Positions 38,625 through 49,939 of a stretch of 64,000 bases of DNA are shown piece after piece; the first letter of the stretch is position 1; each line of letters starts with the position of its first letter. The position numbers were made by a program, and so were the translations under genes. The DNA is taken from NCBI GenBank assembly GCA_944320605.1, contig CALUIE010000001.1:24191-88190 (forward strand). Direction: 5' to 3'. Origin of the DNA: an uncultured Phocaeicola sp. GTDB taxonomy: Bacteria; Bacteroidota; Bacteroidia; Bacteroidales; Bacteroidaceae. Below the pieces are notes generated by a model. The model saw only the letters and a program-made list of their open reading frames with translations, was not told the origin of the DNA and did no database searches.

Positions 38625-39461
38625 ATGGATTCAATAAAAAAAATAGTTTTAGGAACAGTTCAGTTCGGTTGCCAATATGGGATTAATTCAGAAGGAAGAC
38701 CTGATACCAGAATGGTATCAGAGATTTTGGATGAAGCATGGAAAGGAGGAATTTCAATACTTGATACTTCTGCAGCGTATGGGAATGCAGAGGAAATACT
38801 GGGTAAAGTAAAAGCTGCTGAAAAGTTTCAACTAATCTCAAAGTATCCTAAATGTGATAAGACTGTACGTGAAACTTTTGAAAGTTCATTGAATAAATTG
38901 AGGTGCTCTAAACTTTATGGTTATTTGCTTCACCATTTTTCTGTATATACAGAAAATAAAGATATATGGAAAGACTTTATAAAGTTGAAGAATGATGGTA
39001 AGGTAGAGAAAATAGGATTTTCTTTATATGAACCTCATGAGTTAGATTTGATTACAAAGGATGGAATACCTTTCGATTTAATTCAGATTCCTTACAATAT
39101 TTTCGATCGTCAGTTTGAAAAATATTTTGAGATTTTAAAAGAGAAAAATGTTGAAATTCATGTACGTTCAACTTTTCTTCAGGGTTTGTTTTTTAAAGAT
39201 CGAAATGCTCTTCCAAACAAACTTCTTCCTTTAAGACCTTATTTAGTCAAGTTAGATGATTATGCAACGGCTTCAGGTTTAAGTTTGGCAGAAGTTGCTT
39301 TGAACTACAATATTCAAAATCCAAATATTGATGGTGTTCTTATTGGTGTTGATACCAAGGAACAGCTACTTACAAACTTCAAATCGATTTCAGATAGTAA
39401 AATAGAAGTTTCAATTGATGTAAAAGAGACAGAATTATTAAAACCAATTAATTGGAATTAA
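38625..39461 (+). CDS. Aldo/keto reductase
   Basis: LGTVQFG, LDTSAAYGNAE, RSTFLQG. Confidence 0.9.
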   Translation: MDSIKKIVLGTVQFGCQYGINSEGRPDTRMVSEILDEAWKGGISILDTSAAYGNAEEILGKVKAAEKFQLISKYPKCDKTVRETFESSLNKLRCSKLYGYLLHHFSVYTENKDIWKDFIKLKNDGKVEKIGFSLYEPHELDLITKDGIPFDLIQIPYNIFDRQFEKYFEILKEKNVEIHVRSTFLQGLFFKDRNALPNKLLPLRPYLVKLDDYATASGLSLAEVALNYNIQNPNIDGVLIGVDTKEQLLTNFKSISDSKIEVSIDVKETELLKPINWN

Positions 39462-39465
39462 TTAT

Positions 39466-40239
39466 ATGAAAGTATTAGCTATTACACAGGCTCGTTACGG
39501 TTCAACCCGTTTACCTGCTAAAATTTTGAAAGAGGTAGATGGAAAAACCCTATTAGAAATCCACCTATCCAGAATAATTCAGGCCAAGAAAATAAACCAA
39601 ATAAAGATTGCCACAACGGATGAAGAGGGTTCTAAGTTTATTATAGCTGTAGCAGATAAACTTGGAATAGCTTATCATAAAGGGTCTGTTGAGGATGTGT
39701 TGACTCGTTTTTATGCTACCGCTGAACCTGAACATCCTGACTATGTGGTTAGATTGACATCTGATTGTCCTTTGATAGACCCTTCTGTCATTGATGATGT
39801 AATTCAATATGCAATTGATGGTAATTATGATTATGTTCATACTGACCCGGAATGTTTCCCTGATGGATTAGATACTGAAGTTTTTAAGTTCTCTGCTTTG
39901 GAAAAGGCTTTTAATGAGGCAAATTTAAAATCTGAGCGCGAACATGTTACCCCTTATATCTGGAAAAATGGTTCAGCATACGGAGGTAAAATATTCAAGT
40001 CTGCAAATTATCAGAATAAATTAGGTAATTACAATGCAAAAGAATATCGGATTACAATTGATGAACCGGAAGATTTTGAGGTAATAAAGAGTCTTATCCA
40101 AAATCTCGGAATAAGTAGAAATTGGAAAGAATATATTGATTACTTAGAGGAACATCCGGAAATTAAGGGGCTCAACAGTAAATTCGATTACAATGAAGGA
40201 TATGAAAAATCATTAAGAAACGACAAAAAAATTAAGTGA
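39466..40239 (+). CDS. SpsF-type cytidylyltransferase
   Basis: QARYGSTRLPAK, RLTSDCPLID, REHVTPYI. Confidence 0.88.
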   Translation: MKVLAITQARYGSTRLPAKILKEVDGKTLLEIHLSRIIQAKKINQIKIATTDEEGSKFIIAVADKLGIAYHKGSVEDVLTRFYATAEPEHPDYVVRLTSDCPLIDPSVIDDVIQYAIDGNYDYVHTDPECFPDGLDTEVFKFSALEKAFNEANLKSEREHVTPYIWKNGSAYGGKIFKSANYQNKLGNYNAKEYRITIDEPEDFEVIKSLIQNLGISRNWKEYIDYLEEHPEIKGLNSKFDYNEGYEKSLRNDKKIK

Positions 40240-40241
40240 AT

Positions 40242-41549
40242 ATGGGAAAAGGTCAAGATTTATATAAAAAGGCAAAGAAATTGATTCCAGGCGGAACATC
40301 ATTATTGTCAAAAAGACCAGAACAGCTTCTTCCTGAGAACTGGCCTGCATACTATTCAAAATCCAAAGGATGTAAAGTTTGGGATCTTGATGGAAGAGAA
40401 TATATTGATTGTGGTTTAATGGGTGTTGGAACTAATACATTAGGATATGCACGTGATGAAGTAGATGAAGCTGTAATGAAGGTTGTTCGTGATGGTAACC
40501 TTACAACTTTCAATTGTCCAGAGGAAGTTTATCTTGCAGAAAGACTGATAGAAATGAATCCTTGGGCAGGTGGTGTTCGCTACACTCGTGGTGGCGGTGA
40601 GGCAAACTCTATGTGTGTACGTATTGCACGAGCTTATACCGGTAAAGATAAAGTTGCTATATGTGGTTATCATGGTTGGCATGATTGGTATGTATCTGTA
40701 AATTTGGGCGAAAGTGACGCGCTTGCCGGACATCTTCTTCCAGGTATTCCTACAGCAGGAGTACCGAAAGGACTTCGTGGTACTTCTATTCCATTTCATT
40801 ATAATGATTTCGATGAACTTCTTGAAATAGTAAATAAGAATCCGGATTTAGCAGCGATAAAAATGGAAGTATGTCGTAATTTTGGTCCTGAAGAAGGATA
40901 TCTTCAAAAGATACGTAACTTATGTGATGAAAGAGGAATTGTTTTAATATTTGATGAATGTACTAGTGGATTCCGTGAAACATTTGGTGGACTTCATAAA
41001 AAATATGGTGTATATCCGGATATGACTATCTACAGTAAAACTATGGGGAATGGTTATGTAATAGCAGCTGTACTTGGTAAGAAAGAAATTATGGAATCTG
41101 CTCAAGGTTCGTGGATTAGTTCAACTTTTTGGACCGATAGAATAGGACCTACTGCTGCCTTGGCAGCACTTGATGTAATGGAAAAAACTAAATCTTGGGA
41201 GTATATTACTGAAATAGGTAAACAGAATAAAGCACGTTGGCAGGCTTTGGCGGATAAATATGGTTTGAAAATTAACCAATGGGGTATCCCCGCATTAGCG
41301 GGCTATACTTTTGATTCTCCTAATGCCCTTGCCTATAAAACATACGTTACACAGGAGATGTTAAAGAAAGGATATATTGCCGGAACTTCCATGTACACAT
41401 CTTTAGCTCATACACCGGAAATTCTCAATGGATATTTTGAAGCTTTAGATCCTATATTTGCTGATATTCGTGAATTTGAGGACGGTAGAGATGTTATGAA
41501 GGCTCTTGATGGACCTGTTTGTCAGGCAGGATTTAAACGTCTCAACTAA
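40242..41549 (+). CDS. Class III PLP aminotransferase (GSA-aminotransferase-like)
   Basis: GYHGWHDW, FDECTSGFR, SKTMGNGY. Confidence 0.9.
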   Translation: MGKGQDLYKKAKKLIPGGTSLLSKRPEQLLPENWPAYYSKSKGCKVWDLDGREYIDCGLMGVGTNTLGYARDEVDEAVMKVVRDGNLTTFNCPEEVYLAERLIEMNPWAGGVRYTRGGGEANSMCVRIARAYTGKDKVAICGYHGWHDWYVSVNLGESDALAGHLLPGIPTAGVPKGLRGTSIPFHYNDFDELLEIVNKNPDLAAIKMEVCRNFGPEEGYLQKIRNLCDERGIVLIFDECTSGFRETFGGLHKKYGVYPDMTIYSKTMGNGYVIAAVLGKKEIMESAQGSWISSTFWTDRIGPTAALAALDVMEKTKSWEYITEIGKQNKARWQALADKYGLKINQWGIPALAGYTFDSPNALAYKTYVTQEMLKKGYIAGTSMYTSLAHTPEILNGYFEALDPIFADIREFEDGRDVMKALDGPVCQAGFKRLN

Positions 41550-41554
41550 GACTG

Positions 41555-42508
41555 ATGACAAAACGTAGAGTATATTTCAGAGCAGATGCAAGTGCCAGTA
41601 TAGGATACGGACATTTTGTTCGTTCTTTGGCACTTGCCGATATGCTCAAGGATGATTTTGATTGTACTTTCTTTACACAGACTCCTACTGATTACCAAAT
41701 AAGTGAAATGGAAAAAGTGTGTAAGTATAAATCTCTTCCCTCCAATGATACTAAATTTGATGTTTTTCTTGATTTATTGAAAGGTGATGAGATAGTTGTC
41801 TTAGATAATTATTTTTTTTCTACTGATTATCAACGAAAAATAAAGGATAAAAGGTGCAAGCTTGTATGTATTGATGATATGCATGATAAGCATTATGTAG
41901 CTGATATAGTAATTAATCACGTATTAACAGACGAAAAGTTATTTTCAGTGGAGTCATATACCAAACTTGCGCTAGGTTTAGAGTATGCACTATTAAGAAG
42001 ACCATTCTTGCAACCTCTGTACAATAATAAAGAGGAAGGTCATTGGTTCGTCTCTTTTGGAGGAACAGATTATGATAATATGACTGCAAAATTTGTTGAA
42101 TTATTGGATTCTAGCCCCAAAGTTAAATCTATCACTGTAGTTGTTGGTGATTCATATAAATATCGTGACTCATTAGAACTTTTTAATAAGATAGAAATTA
42201 GAAAAAATCTTACAGCTAACGAAATGCAGCGAGAAATGTGTCGTGCACAATATGCTGTATTGCCTTCAAGTTCAGTATGCATTGAGGCTATTGCATGTGG
42301 CTGTAAAATAGCAAGTGGGTACTTTGTGGATAATCAACGTGAGTATGCTGATTTATTATCTTCTCAAAAATATGTTTATCCATTAGGTAATCTTTATAAT
42401 TATCATGATGATACTTTTATAAGTGAAATAGAAAACTACAGTTTTCGCATAGCTGGTAATTTTACGGCTATTCCAGATAGATATATTAAACTTTTTAAAA
42501 CACTATAA
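41555..42508 (+). CDS. pseG: UDP-sugar hydrolase PseG-like
   Basis: FRADAS..IGYGHFVRSLALA, SFGGTD. Confidence 0.85.
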   Translation: MTKRRVYFRADASASIGYGHFVRSLALADMLKDDFDCTFFTQTPTDYQISEMEKVCKYKSLPSNDTKFDVFLDLLKGDEIVVLDNYFFSTDYQRKIKDKRCKLVCIDDMHDKHYVADIVINHVLTDEKLFSVESYTKLALGLEYALLRRPFLQPLYNNKEEGHWFVSFGGTDYDNMTAKFVELLDSSPKVKSITVVVGDSYKYRDSLELFNKIEIRKNLTANEMQREMCRAQYAVLPSSSVCIEAIACGCKIASGYFVDNQREYADLLSSQKYVYPLGNLYNYHDDTFISEIENYSFRIAGNFTAIPDRYIKLFKTL

Positions 42509-42509
42509 G

Positions 42510-43043
42510 ATGTCAAATTTCCCGATGAGTTTTGAAACAAAACACTTTTGTTTTGTGAATTATACACTGCTTTCGGAAGATGATTTACAATCTATTCTTC
42601 AAGCTCGCAATCATCCTGAAATTGCATGTTGGATGGAAAATACTGAACCTATCTCATGGGAATCACATATAAATTATGTTCGTTCTTTAAAGGAAAAGTT
42701 TGATAGAATATATTATGGCGTATTCAATAAAGAAGGTGAAATTATTGGTTCACAATCACTCAATCCATTAAAGACTTATATTGAGGGTGAATCAGGGTTA
42801 TATTTATTTCCTGACTTTAAGGGTAAAGGATTAGGGAAATTAATGAAAAAGGAATTTATAGAATATATATTTGATAATAATCTTTTAAATACCATTACAG
42901 AAAAAGTTAAGCATTCTAATATAAGAAACAAAGAATTAAATATTTCTCTTGGTTTTGAATTGACTAATCAAGATGAAAAATATTCTTATTTCATTCTAAC
43001 AAAAGAAAGATATTTAATGTTAATAAAATCAAGTGTTAAATGA
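42510..43043 (+). CDS. pseH: N-acetyltransferase PseH-like
   Basis: RNHPEI..WM..ISWESH, GKGLG; located between pseG and pseI. Confidence 0.75.
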   Translation: MSNFPMSFETKHFCFVNYTLLSEDDLQSILQARNHPEIACWMENTEPISWESHINYVRSLKEKFDRIYYGVFNKEGEIIGSQSLNPLKTYIEGESGLYLFPDFKGKGLGKLMKKEFIEYIFDNNLLNTITEKVKHSNIRNKELNISLGFELTNQDEKYSYFILTKERYLMLIKSSVK

Positions 43044-44050
43044 AGAAAACATTAGTTGTAGCTGAATTATCAGCTAATCATGGTCATAAACTGGAAACCG
43101 CATTAGATTCTATCCGTGCTATTAAGAATACTGGAGCAGATGCAATTAAAATACAAACATATACAGCTGATACTTTGACTCTTAATTGTAGAAAGCCTGA
43201 TTTCAAAATTGCTTCTGATACTCTATGGGATGAAAAGTATTACTATGATTTATATGAAGAAGCATATACACCTTGGGAGTGGCATGATGCAATCTTCAAA
43301 GAAGCAAAGAAACAAGGACTAATATGTTTCTCAACTCCTTTTGATAATACAGCTGTCGATTTCCTTGAATTACTTGATAATCCTATCTATAAAATTGCAA
43401 GTTTCGAGATTACTGATGTTAACCTTATAAGATATGCAGCAAGTAAAGGTAAACCAATGGTAATATCAACTGGTATCGCAACTATAGAAGATATTGAACT
43501 TGCTATTAAAGCATGTAAAGAAGTGGGAAATGATGATATAACATTATTGCGATGCGTTTCTGCTTATCCTGCTCCTTTAGAAAATGTGAATCTTCAAACA
43601 ATGGTAGATATGAAAGAACGTTTTGGCGTTAAGGTTGGTTTATCAGACCATACAATGGGTTCAGATGTAGCAATTGCAGCAGTAGCATTAGGGGCGGAAA
43701 TGGTAGAAAAGCATTTTATTATGGACAGAAACATAGGTGGTCCAGATGCTGCATTCTCAATGAATACAGAAGAATTCTTTGCGATGGTTACTTCCATTAG
43801 AAATGTTGAAAAGGCTATTGGACAGGTTTATTATCCCTCAGATATAACAACTATAAAAGGACGAGATTTTTGTCGCTCTCTCTATATTGCAGAAGATATG
43901 AAGGCTGGAGATATTTTAACAGAAAAAAACCTGCATTCTGTTCGTCCAGGTTATGGACTTCATCCAAAATACTTAAATTACTGTTTAGGCAAGAAAGTAA
44001 ATAGAGATTTGAAGAAAGGAACAAGAATGAGTTTGGATTTTATTGATTAA
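43040..44050 (+). CDS. pseI: Pseudaminic acid synthase
   Basis: AELSANH, KIQTYTADT, TPWEWH, GLSDHT, SAF domain RPGYGLHPK. Confidence 0.92.
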   Translation: MKKTLVVAELSANHGHKLETALDSIRAIKNTGADAIKIQTYTADTLTLNCRKPDFKIASDTLWDEKYYYDLYEEAYTPWEWHDAIFKEAKKQGLICFSTPFDNTAVDFLELLDNPIYKIASFEITDVNLIRYAASKGKPMVISTGIATIEDIELAIKACKEVGNDDITLLRCVSAYPAPLENVNLQTMVDMKERFGVKVGLSDHTMGSDVAIAAVALGAEMVEKHFIMDRNIGGPDAAFSMNTEEFFAMVTSIRNVEKAIGQVYYPSDITTIKGRDFCRSLYIAEDMKAGDILTEKNLHSVRPGYGLHPKYLNYCLGKKVNRDLKKGTRMSLDFID

Positions 44051-44069
44051 CATTTTATAGATTAATCAT

Positions 44070-45449
44070 ATGACAAATATTTGCTTTATAGCTAATTTCT
44101 ACAAAACTGATACAATGATTGTAGTTGCAGAGTATTTAAAGAAGTATAACGTAAATACTTTTTGGATTATACCTAAAAAAAGACAATATGATAGATTGCT
44201 AAAGATGTATGACAAAGAAAACCTATTATTAATTGATAGGAGCTTGATAGAATTATCATCTGCACCTATGGGCGATTTTAAAATTAATGAATTACTATTC
44301 GGTGATAGAGTTTGGAAATATGAGAAAAAAGAAGGCAAAAAATATTTGCTCAATATACAAAAACCTATTTTTGATTTTATAACAAAAAACAATATTCATT
44401 TAATATTTGGAGAATCAACATGGGCGCATGAGCTTTTAATACACAGAATGTGTAAAGGTTTAAAAAACATGAGATGTTCTTTTTACTCGTATTTTGTAGC
44501 TAGAGTTCCAAATGGAAAAATCTTTTTCAATAATGATGAAAAAGATACTTCACCAATTCTTATTGATAAAGATAATTTAAGTTCATATAAGATAGAACCT
44601 ATTAAAGTTGAAATACCTGATTATCTAAAAAAGAATGATATTGATTTAAAGAAAAAAATGTCTTTGAATGGAATTTTAAAACGTTTTCGTTTATTTATTA
44701 CTAATGAAAATATTGAACCGACAGATCCAAATGTACATACTAATAGAATTAGAAGAATGAAGGTTGTTGGTAAAGAAATATTTAATCAGATTACTTATCC
44801 TATTTTTGTAAAGAGAGAAAAGGCAGAAAATGTATATAATACAAACTTCGTTTTTTTTGGATTTCATAAACAACCGGAAGCTTCTATAGATGTATGTGGA
44901 AGATATTTTGAGAATCAATATGAAAATGTTGTTAATATATGGAGGCAATTGCCTAACGATTGGAAACTTGTAATCAAAGAACATTCAAATGCAATCGGGG
45001 ATAGGAGTGTTTCTTTTTTTAGGAAATTACAGAAGTTGCCTGGAGTAATTTTAGTGGATGAATATGCTGATTCGTTAGAGTTGATAAAACGCTGTAAGGT
45101 AGTAATTACAAATACAGGTACAATGGCACTTGAAGCTGCATTGATGCGTAAACCAGCCATTACTTTATCAAAAGTTGCATTTAATAAATTAAATTATTGT
45201 CGTCATTGTACATGGCAGGATTTTGAACAGTATGATTCTCTTGAAACATTGATAAAAGAAATCGAACAAATGCCAGATAACAGAAAAGAGTATGCTGAAT
45301 ATGTTCAGAAAAACTCTTTTGACTGTAATTTTACCGATGTCGTAAGTGACCCGAATGTATTGGATAATGACAATATATTAAAGATTGTGAGTTCGTTTTT
45401 ATCCTTGATAAAATACAATGAGAAATTATACGAAACACATAAAGGATAA
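44070..45449 (+). CDS. Capsule biosynthesis (KpsS-like) protein, candidate nonulosonic-acid transferase
   Basis: FHKQPEASID, IKEH, TGTMALEA. Confidence 0.7.
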   Translation: MTNICFIANFYKTDTMIVVAEYLKKYNVNTFWIIPKKRQYDRLLKMYDKENLLLIDRSLIELSSAPMGDFKINELLFGDRVWKYEKKEGKKYLLNIQKPIFDFITKNNIHLIFGESTWAHELLIHRMCKGLKNMRCSFYSYFVARVPNGKIFFNNDEKDTSPILIDKDNLSSYKIEPIKVEIPDYLKKNDIDLKKKMSLNGILKRFRLFITNENIEPTDPNVHTNRIRRMKVVGKEIFNQITYPIFVKREKAENVYNTNFVFFGFHKQPEASIDVCGRYFENQYENVVNIWRQLPNDWKLVIKEHSNAIGDRSVSFFRKLQKLPGVILVDEYADSLELIKRCKVVITNTGTMALEAALMRKPAITLSKVAFNKLNYCRHCTWQDFEQYDSLETLIKEIEQMPDNRKEYAEYVQKNSFDCNFTDVVSDPNVLDNDNILKIVSSFLSLIKYNEKLYETHKG

Positions 45450-46629
45450 CAAAGAACTATTGCTTTTTATAGCATTGAGCTATATTGATAAAGCTCTTAT
45501 TTTTTTAGTTCCTTTAAGTATATTATTTTTCTATGATAATTATAATTCTTATAATGATGTAGAATATATTTACGGAATTGCCAATATGGTAATTCCATTA
45601 TTTAGTTTTCTTTCTACGTATGGTTTTTATAGTTATAAAGAAAGTACGAAAAGAGAAGAGGAACGAGAAAAATATATAATGTATTCCAGCTTATTGATTT
45701 TGCTATGTTATATAGTTATGTTCTTACTATTCATTATTAATTCATGTATAGAACAAAGTAAGATAAGTAATCTAATTTTAATATTAGTAAGTATCAGAAC
45801 TATTTATTTATTATATATTTCGAACTATAGTACATATTATCGTCTAATTGACATTCCTTCTAAAATACTTGGATATAGTATTTTTACCAGTCTATTAACT
45901 TTATTCTTGTTATTTATCACAAGTTACATTGATAATAAATACATTCTGGCTAGTGTTTTTTTACCACAGCTTTTACTGACTCTGAAATTAAAGATATATG
46001 GGGGCATTAGAATGTGTATATTAAATTTTGTAACATATCTGAAGAAAGCATTGATATTTTCTTTACCAATCATAATAAATGCATTTATTGTGGCATTTGT
46101 TATGAATTATGGAAAAGTGTACGCATATAATAAACTCTCTGAATATGATATGTATTGCTTATCATTTATATTAAGAATTTCGATGATTGTATCAATGATG
46201 AGTAGTTCACTTATTGCTTTTTATAGTAAAAATATATATTTGAATGGATATACAAAGAATTTCATTATTAAATATTCAATATTTATGTGTATAGCTTTTA
46301 TATCTATTATATTATTTCTTTTTGTATATAATATCTATAGTGAAAAAGTTATAACAATAAATATGCCAGTGGTACTAATCCTATTATATTCTGCTATTCA
46401 TTCAATATCATCTGTTTTTGATTCGTATTTTGGTAGAAATAATAAAAATCATATAATACTGATTGTATCTACAATATCATGTATAGTATATGTCCTATTT
46501 CTAACTATTATCGATAAAATTACAATTCTGACAATATCATTATCAATGATATCTTATATTATATCTTATTTAGTAATTATCATACTGTATATATTATGTC
46601 AAAAATCGAGGAAAGTTGCGGAATTATAA
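45418..46629 (+). CDS. Wzx-like flippase
   Basis: About 10-12 hydrophobic segments, very AT-rich, within the operon. Confidence 0.65.
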   Translation: MRNYTKHIKDNKELLLFIALSYIDKALIFLVPLSILFFYDNYNSYNDVEYIYGIANMVIPLFSFLSTYGFYSYKESTKREEEREKYIMYSSLLILLCYIVMFLLFIINSCIEQSKISNLILILVSIRTIYLLYISNYSTYYRLIDIPSKILGYSIFTSLLTLFLLFITSYIDNKYILASVFLPQLLLTLKLKIYGGIRMCILNFVTYLKKALIFSLPIIINAFIVAFVMNYGKVYAYNKLSEYDMYCLSFILRISMIVSMMSSSLIAFYSKNIYLNGYTKNFIIKYSIFMCIAFISIILFLFVYNIYSEKVITINMPVVLILLYSAIHSISSVFDSYFGRNNKNHIILIVSTISCIVYVLFLTIIDKITILTISLSMISYIISYLVIIILYILCQKSRKVAEL

Positions 46630-46827
46630 AAAATATAAAAATAGGAGACTATATTGTTTCCATTTGCTTCAAAAAGCCTATATATAATATACAAAACAAA
46701 GAGGTAACAAACAATACTATCAATTTGGATGAAATAGATCGATTGGTAAATGATGCATTTAAAGAATGCATATATTCCTATAACCGATAATAATTACGCC
46801 ACCTATACTATTTATAATTGTTTATAT

Positions 46828-47475
46828 ATGTCAAAATTAAAAAAAACAGTAAGTCTTGTCATATCTTTATTCCCTTTTAGTAGGATAAGAATTTTCTTAT
46901 ATAATAATATATTAGGGTACAATATCAGTTATAAGTCTAATATCGGCTTTTTTAATTTAATTTGTTGTAAACATTGTATCATAAAGAATGGGATAATAGG
47001 AAATTTTAACTATATAGATACAAAAGAGTTTTTTCTTGATGAAGGTGCCAAGATAACATATATGAATAAAATTTGTTATATGCATTCTGTTGTTATGAAT
47101 AGAGGAAGCCATATAAACAGACGAAATCATGTCATTGGATTTGAATACAATGAAAATAGTAAACTGATAATGGGGGATAATTCATTATTTACTGTATCAC
47201 ACCATATAGACTGCACATCTACGGTTACTTTGGGGCATGATGTCGTTTTCGGTGGAAATTGTTCACAGATATGGACACATGGATTTGATGTTTATCGCAA
47301 TATGATAGTAAAGGATATAACCATAGGTGACAATGTGTATATTGGATCAGCCTCATTTGTACTGGGGGGGGTGAGAATAACTGATAAAGTGTCAATCGGG
47401 GCAGGAACAATCGTAAGCAAATCAATAACAACTCCAGGTTTTTATGTTTCATCAGAGTTGATAAAGAAGAAATGA
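46828..47475 (+). CDS. Hexapeptide-repeat O-acyltransferase
   Basis: IWTHG..ITIGDNVYIG..IGAGTIVSKSI; ATG 46828 likely. Confidence 0.85.
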   Translation: MSKLKKTVSLVISLFPFSRIRIFLYNNILGYNISYKSNIGFFNLICCKHCIIKNGIIGNFNYIDTKEFFLDEGAKITYMNKICYMHSVVMNRGSHINRRNHVIGFEYNENSKLIMGDNSLFTVSHHIDCTSTVTLGHDVVFGGNCSQIWTHGFDVYRNMIVKDITIGDNVYIGSASFVLGGVRITDKVSIGAGTIVSKSITTPGFYVSSELIKKK

Positions 47476-48848
47476 ATAAAATAGATATTAATGGTAAAAC
47501 TTTTGAAAGAAAACATATATATCTTTTGTATATATATTGTTTAGACTTTCTGTTATTACTGTTTGGATTATATAATATATTATCTATAACAGGTATGATA
47601 ACAATTGTATATGGTTACTATTTGTTAATAAAATACAAATCTATAGCCAGCGTAATTCCTATGATATGCCATTCATATATTATAAGTGGTTATATTTTCC
47701 CCGGACCTTTTAATTATGATATATTCAATACCTTACAAAAATATATTTCTATTATATTATATATAATTCTCAATATTAATTCTATAAATATGAAAGAATT
47801 AACAAAATATAAATATACTAGGATATATATTATTTTAATTGGAATACATTTTATTTTTTCTTTTAATGACGCAATACCATTATTGGGAAAATCTTATTTG
47901 CCATTGATTCTTTTTCTTATAATCTCTCTTGGTATAATAAATAAAGATAAAGTCATTAATTCTAAATTTATCTTGAAATACTTTAGAATTGTTTCAGTAA
48001 TTTCTTTTGTAACATATTTTTTCCCAAATTATCCTGATATTATATCGAATTTGTTTAGTTCTGGTAATCTATTTGGAGGAATTTCTGTGGATGATTACAA
48101 TATGTCTTTTATGGGTATTATAAGAAACCATGGTATATATATGGATCACAGAATTATGGGAATATTCTCATATCTATATTTGTATGTAGCAGTAAGGGCA
48201 AAAGATAATAATAAATTTTTAGATATAATGCTATCATTAATTTGCATAATATCTACTGCAAGTAGAGGAAGTTTTGTTGTATATTTTGCTATATTATTAG
48301 CATATCTTCTGAAAGAAAAGCAAATTAAAATATTATCATTTTCTATTTTATCATTATTTTTTGTGGTATTTTTTGGATTATTATCTTTAGAAAGTAATGA
48401 TAAACAGTTTCTTGAATCCTTTAATTTATCTAATAAAGAAAATGCTTTGAGTCAACGTAGTATATTTGCAGATTATAGCATTAATTCGTTTAAAGAAAAT
48501 CCATTGTTTGGAAATGGATATGGATATCTTACAGCTAATAATGGTAATAAAAGATTTATTTATGCGAGTAAGGATGTAATATATGAAACAGTATCTGATG
48601 CATATTTATTTAGTACCTTGGGGGAAATTGGATTAGTTGGTTTTATTTTGTTTATTCTCAGTACCAAAGAAATATTTTTAAAAAAGAAAGATATTATTTC
48701 AATAGCTTTTTTAATAGCATATTTAATACAATTAACAGGTACTGACATACCAAATATGTATATGAATTATTGTTTTCTTCTAATCATAACAAATCATTTA
48801 CAATTGTATTCAAAAAGTAAAAATGAAATATATGAAACTGCTAGTTGA
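47472..48848 (+). CDS. Wzy/O-antigen ligase-like polymerase
   Basis: Polytopic membrane protein; STASRG, ENPLFGNGYG, GEIGLVG. Confidence 0.8.
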   Translation: MNKIDINGKTFERKHIYLLYIYCLDFLLLLFGLYNILSITGMITIVYGYYLLIKYKSIASVIPMICHSYIISGYIFPGPFNYDIFNTLQKYISIILYIILNINSINMKELTKYKYTRIYIILIGIHFIFSFNDAIPLLGKSYLPLILFLIISLGIINKDKVINSKFILKYFRIVSVISFVTYFFPNYPDIISNLFSSGNLFGGISVDDYNMSFMGIIRNHGIYMDHRIMGIFSYLYLYVAVRAKDNNKFLDIMLSLICIISTASRGSFVVYFAILLAYLLKEKQIKILSFSILSLFFVVFFGLLSLESNDKQFLESFNLSNKENALSQRSIFADYSINSFKENPLFGNGYGYLTANNGNKRFIYASKDVIYETVSDAYLFSTLGEIGLVGFILFILSTKEIFLKKKDIISIAFLIAYLIQLTGTDIPNMYMNYCFLLIITNHLQLYSKSKNEIYETAS

Positions 48849-49926
48849 TGCACATGTTTTTGATGGTAAATATCAGGGGACTCGTACATACCTACAAGGT
48901 ATTTATTCCTATATGACAAAAAATAAAGATATAGACTTTTATTTTGCGTCTAAAAATATTGTAAACATACAAAGAATTTTTGGTGAAGCAGAGAATATTC
49001 ATTATATCCAATTGAAATCGTCAAACAAGATATTCAGATTGGCTTTTGAGTTTCCCAAGATAATAAAAAAATACAAAATAGATTATGCACATTTTCAGTA
49101 TATAAGCCCTATTATAAAATGTTGTAAGGAGATTGTGACAATACATGATATTCTATTTATTGATTTTCCACAATACTTCCCACTAAGTTACAGAATAAAA
49201 AATTCATTGTTATTCAGACGTGCTGCAAATAGGGCTGATATATTATTGACTGTATCAAATTATTCAAAAGAGGCTATAACAGAACATTTTGGAATAAATA
49301 ATGAGAAGATTTATATAACTCCAAATGCTGTATTATCTCTTGAAAATGAACAGGAACTACCCGATATTAAGAAAAAATATAATATTGACAAATATATACT
49401 ATCCGTAAGTCGCATTGAACCAAGGAAAAATCATCAATTATTATTAAGGGCATACGTTGAACTGGAATTATATAGGCAGGATATAAAGTTAGTATTAGTT
49501 GGAGCTTTAGATTTGAAAAATAAAGAATTCAATGATTATTATAAGAAACTTGGAGAGGAAATAAAAAGTAATATATTAATAATGCAGGTTCCTTATCCGG
49601 AACTTGTTTCTTTATACAAGAATGCATTATTATTTGTTTTTCCATCATTTGCAGAAGGTTTTGGTATCCCTCCTATTGAAGCCATTACATTCGGTTGTGA
49701 GACTTTATGCTCTGATCAAACTGCGATGAAAGAGTTTGACTTTATGGGTGATAATTTCTTTTCTCCATATAGCTTGGAAGAATTAAAAAAGAAAATTATA
49801 CTGCATTTAAACAAAAAAAATACGGAAAAACAACTCTTAAGTATTAATGAAAAATATAATTGGGATAAAATCAGTGATAATTTCTACAACCTTTTGATTG
49901 GTTTTGATTCTAATCAGAAAAAATAA
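48823..49926 (+). CDS. GT4 glycosyltransferase
   Basis: RIEPRKN, FPSFAEGFGIPPIEA. Confidence 0.9.
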   Translation: MKYMKLLVDAHVFDGKYQGTRTYLQGIYSYMTKNKDIDFYFASKNIVNIQRIFGEAENIHYIQLKSSNKIFRLAFEFPKIIKKYKIDYAHFQYISPIIKCCKEIVTIHDILFIDFPQYFPLSYRIKNSLLFRRAANRADILLTVSNYSKEAITEHFGINNEKIYITPNAVLSLENEQELPDIKKKYNIDKYILSVSRIEPRKNHQLLLRAYVELELYRQDIKLVLVGALDLKNKEFNDYYKKLGEEIKSNILIMQVPYPELVSLYKNALLFVFPSFAEGFGIPPIEAITFGCETLCSDQTAMKEFDFMGDNFFSPYSLEELKKKIILHLNKKNTEKQLLSINEKYNWDKISDNFYNLLIGFDSNQKK

Positions 49927-49939
49927 AATCAGGTAATTT

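Noticed and set aside
46596-46790. 64-aa ORF between the flippase and acyltransferase
   Set aside because: No motif or paralog support in very AT-rich DNA; cannot be supported
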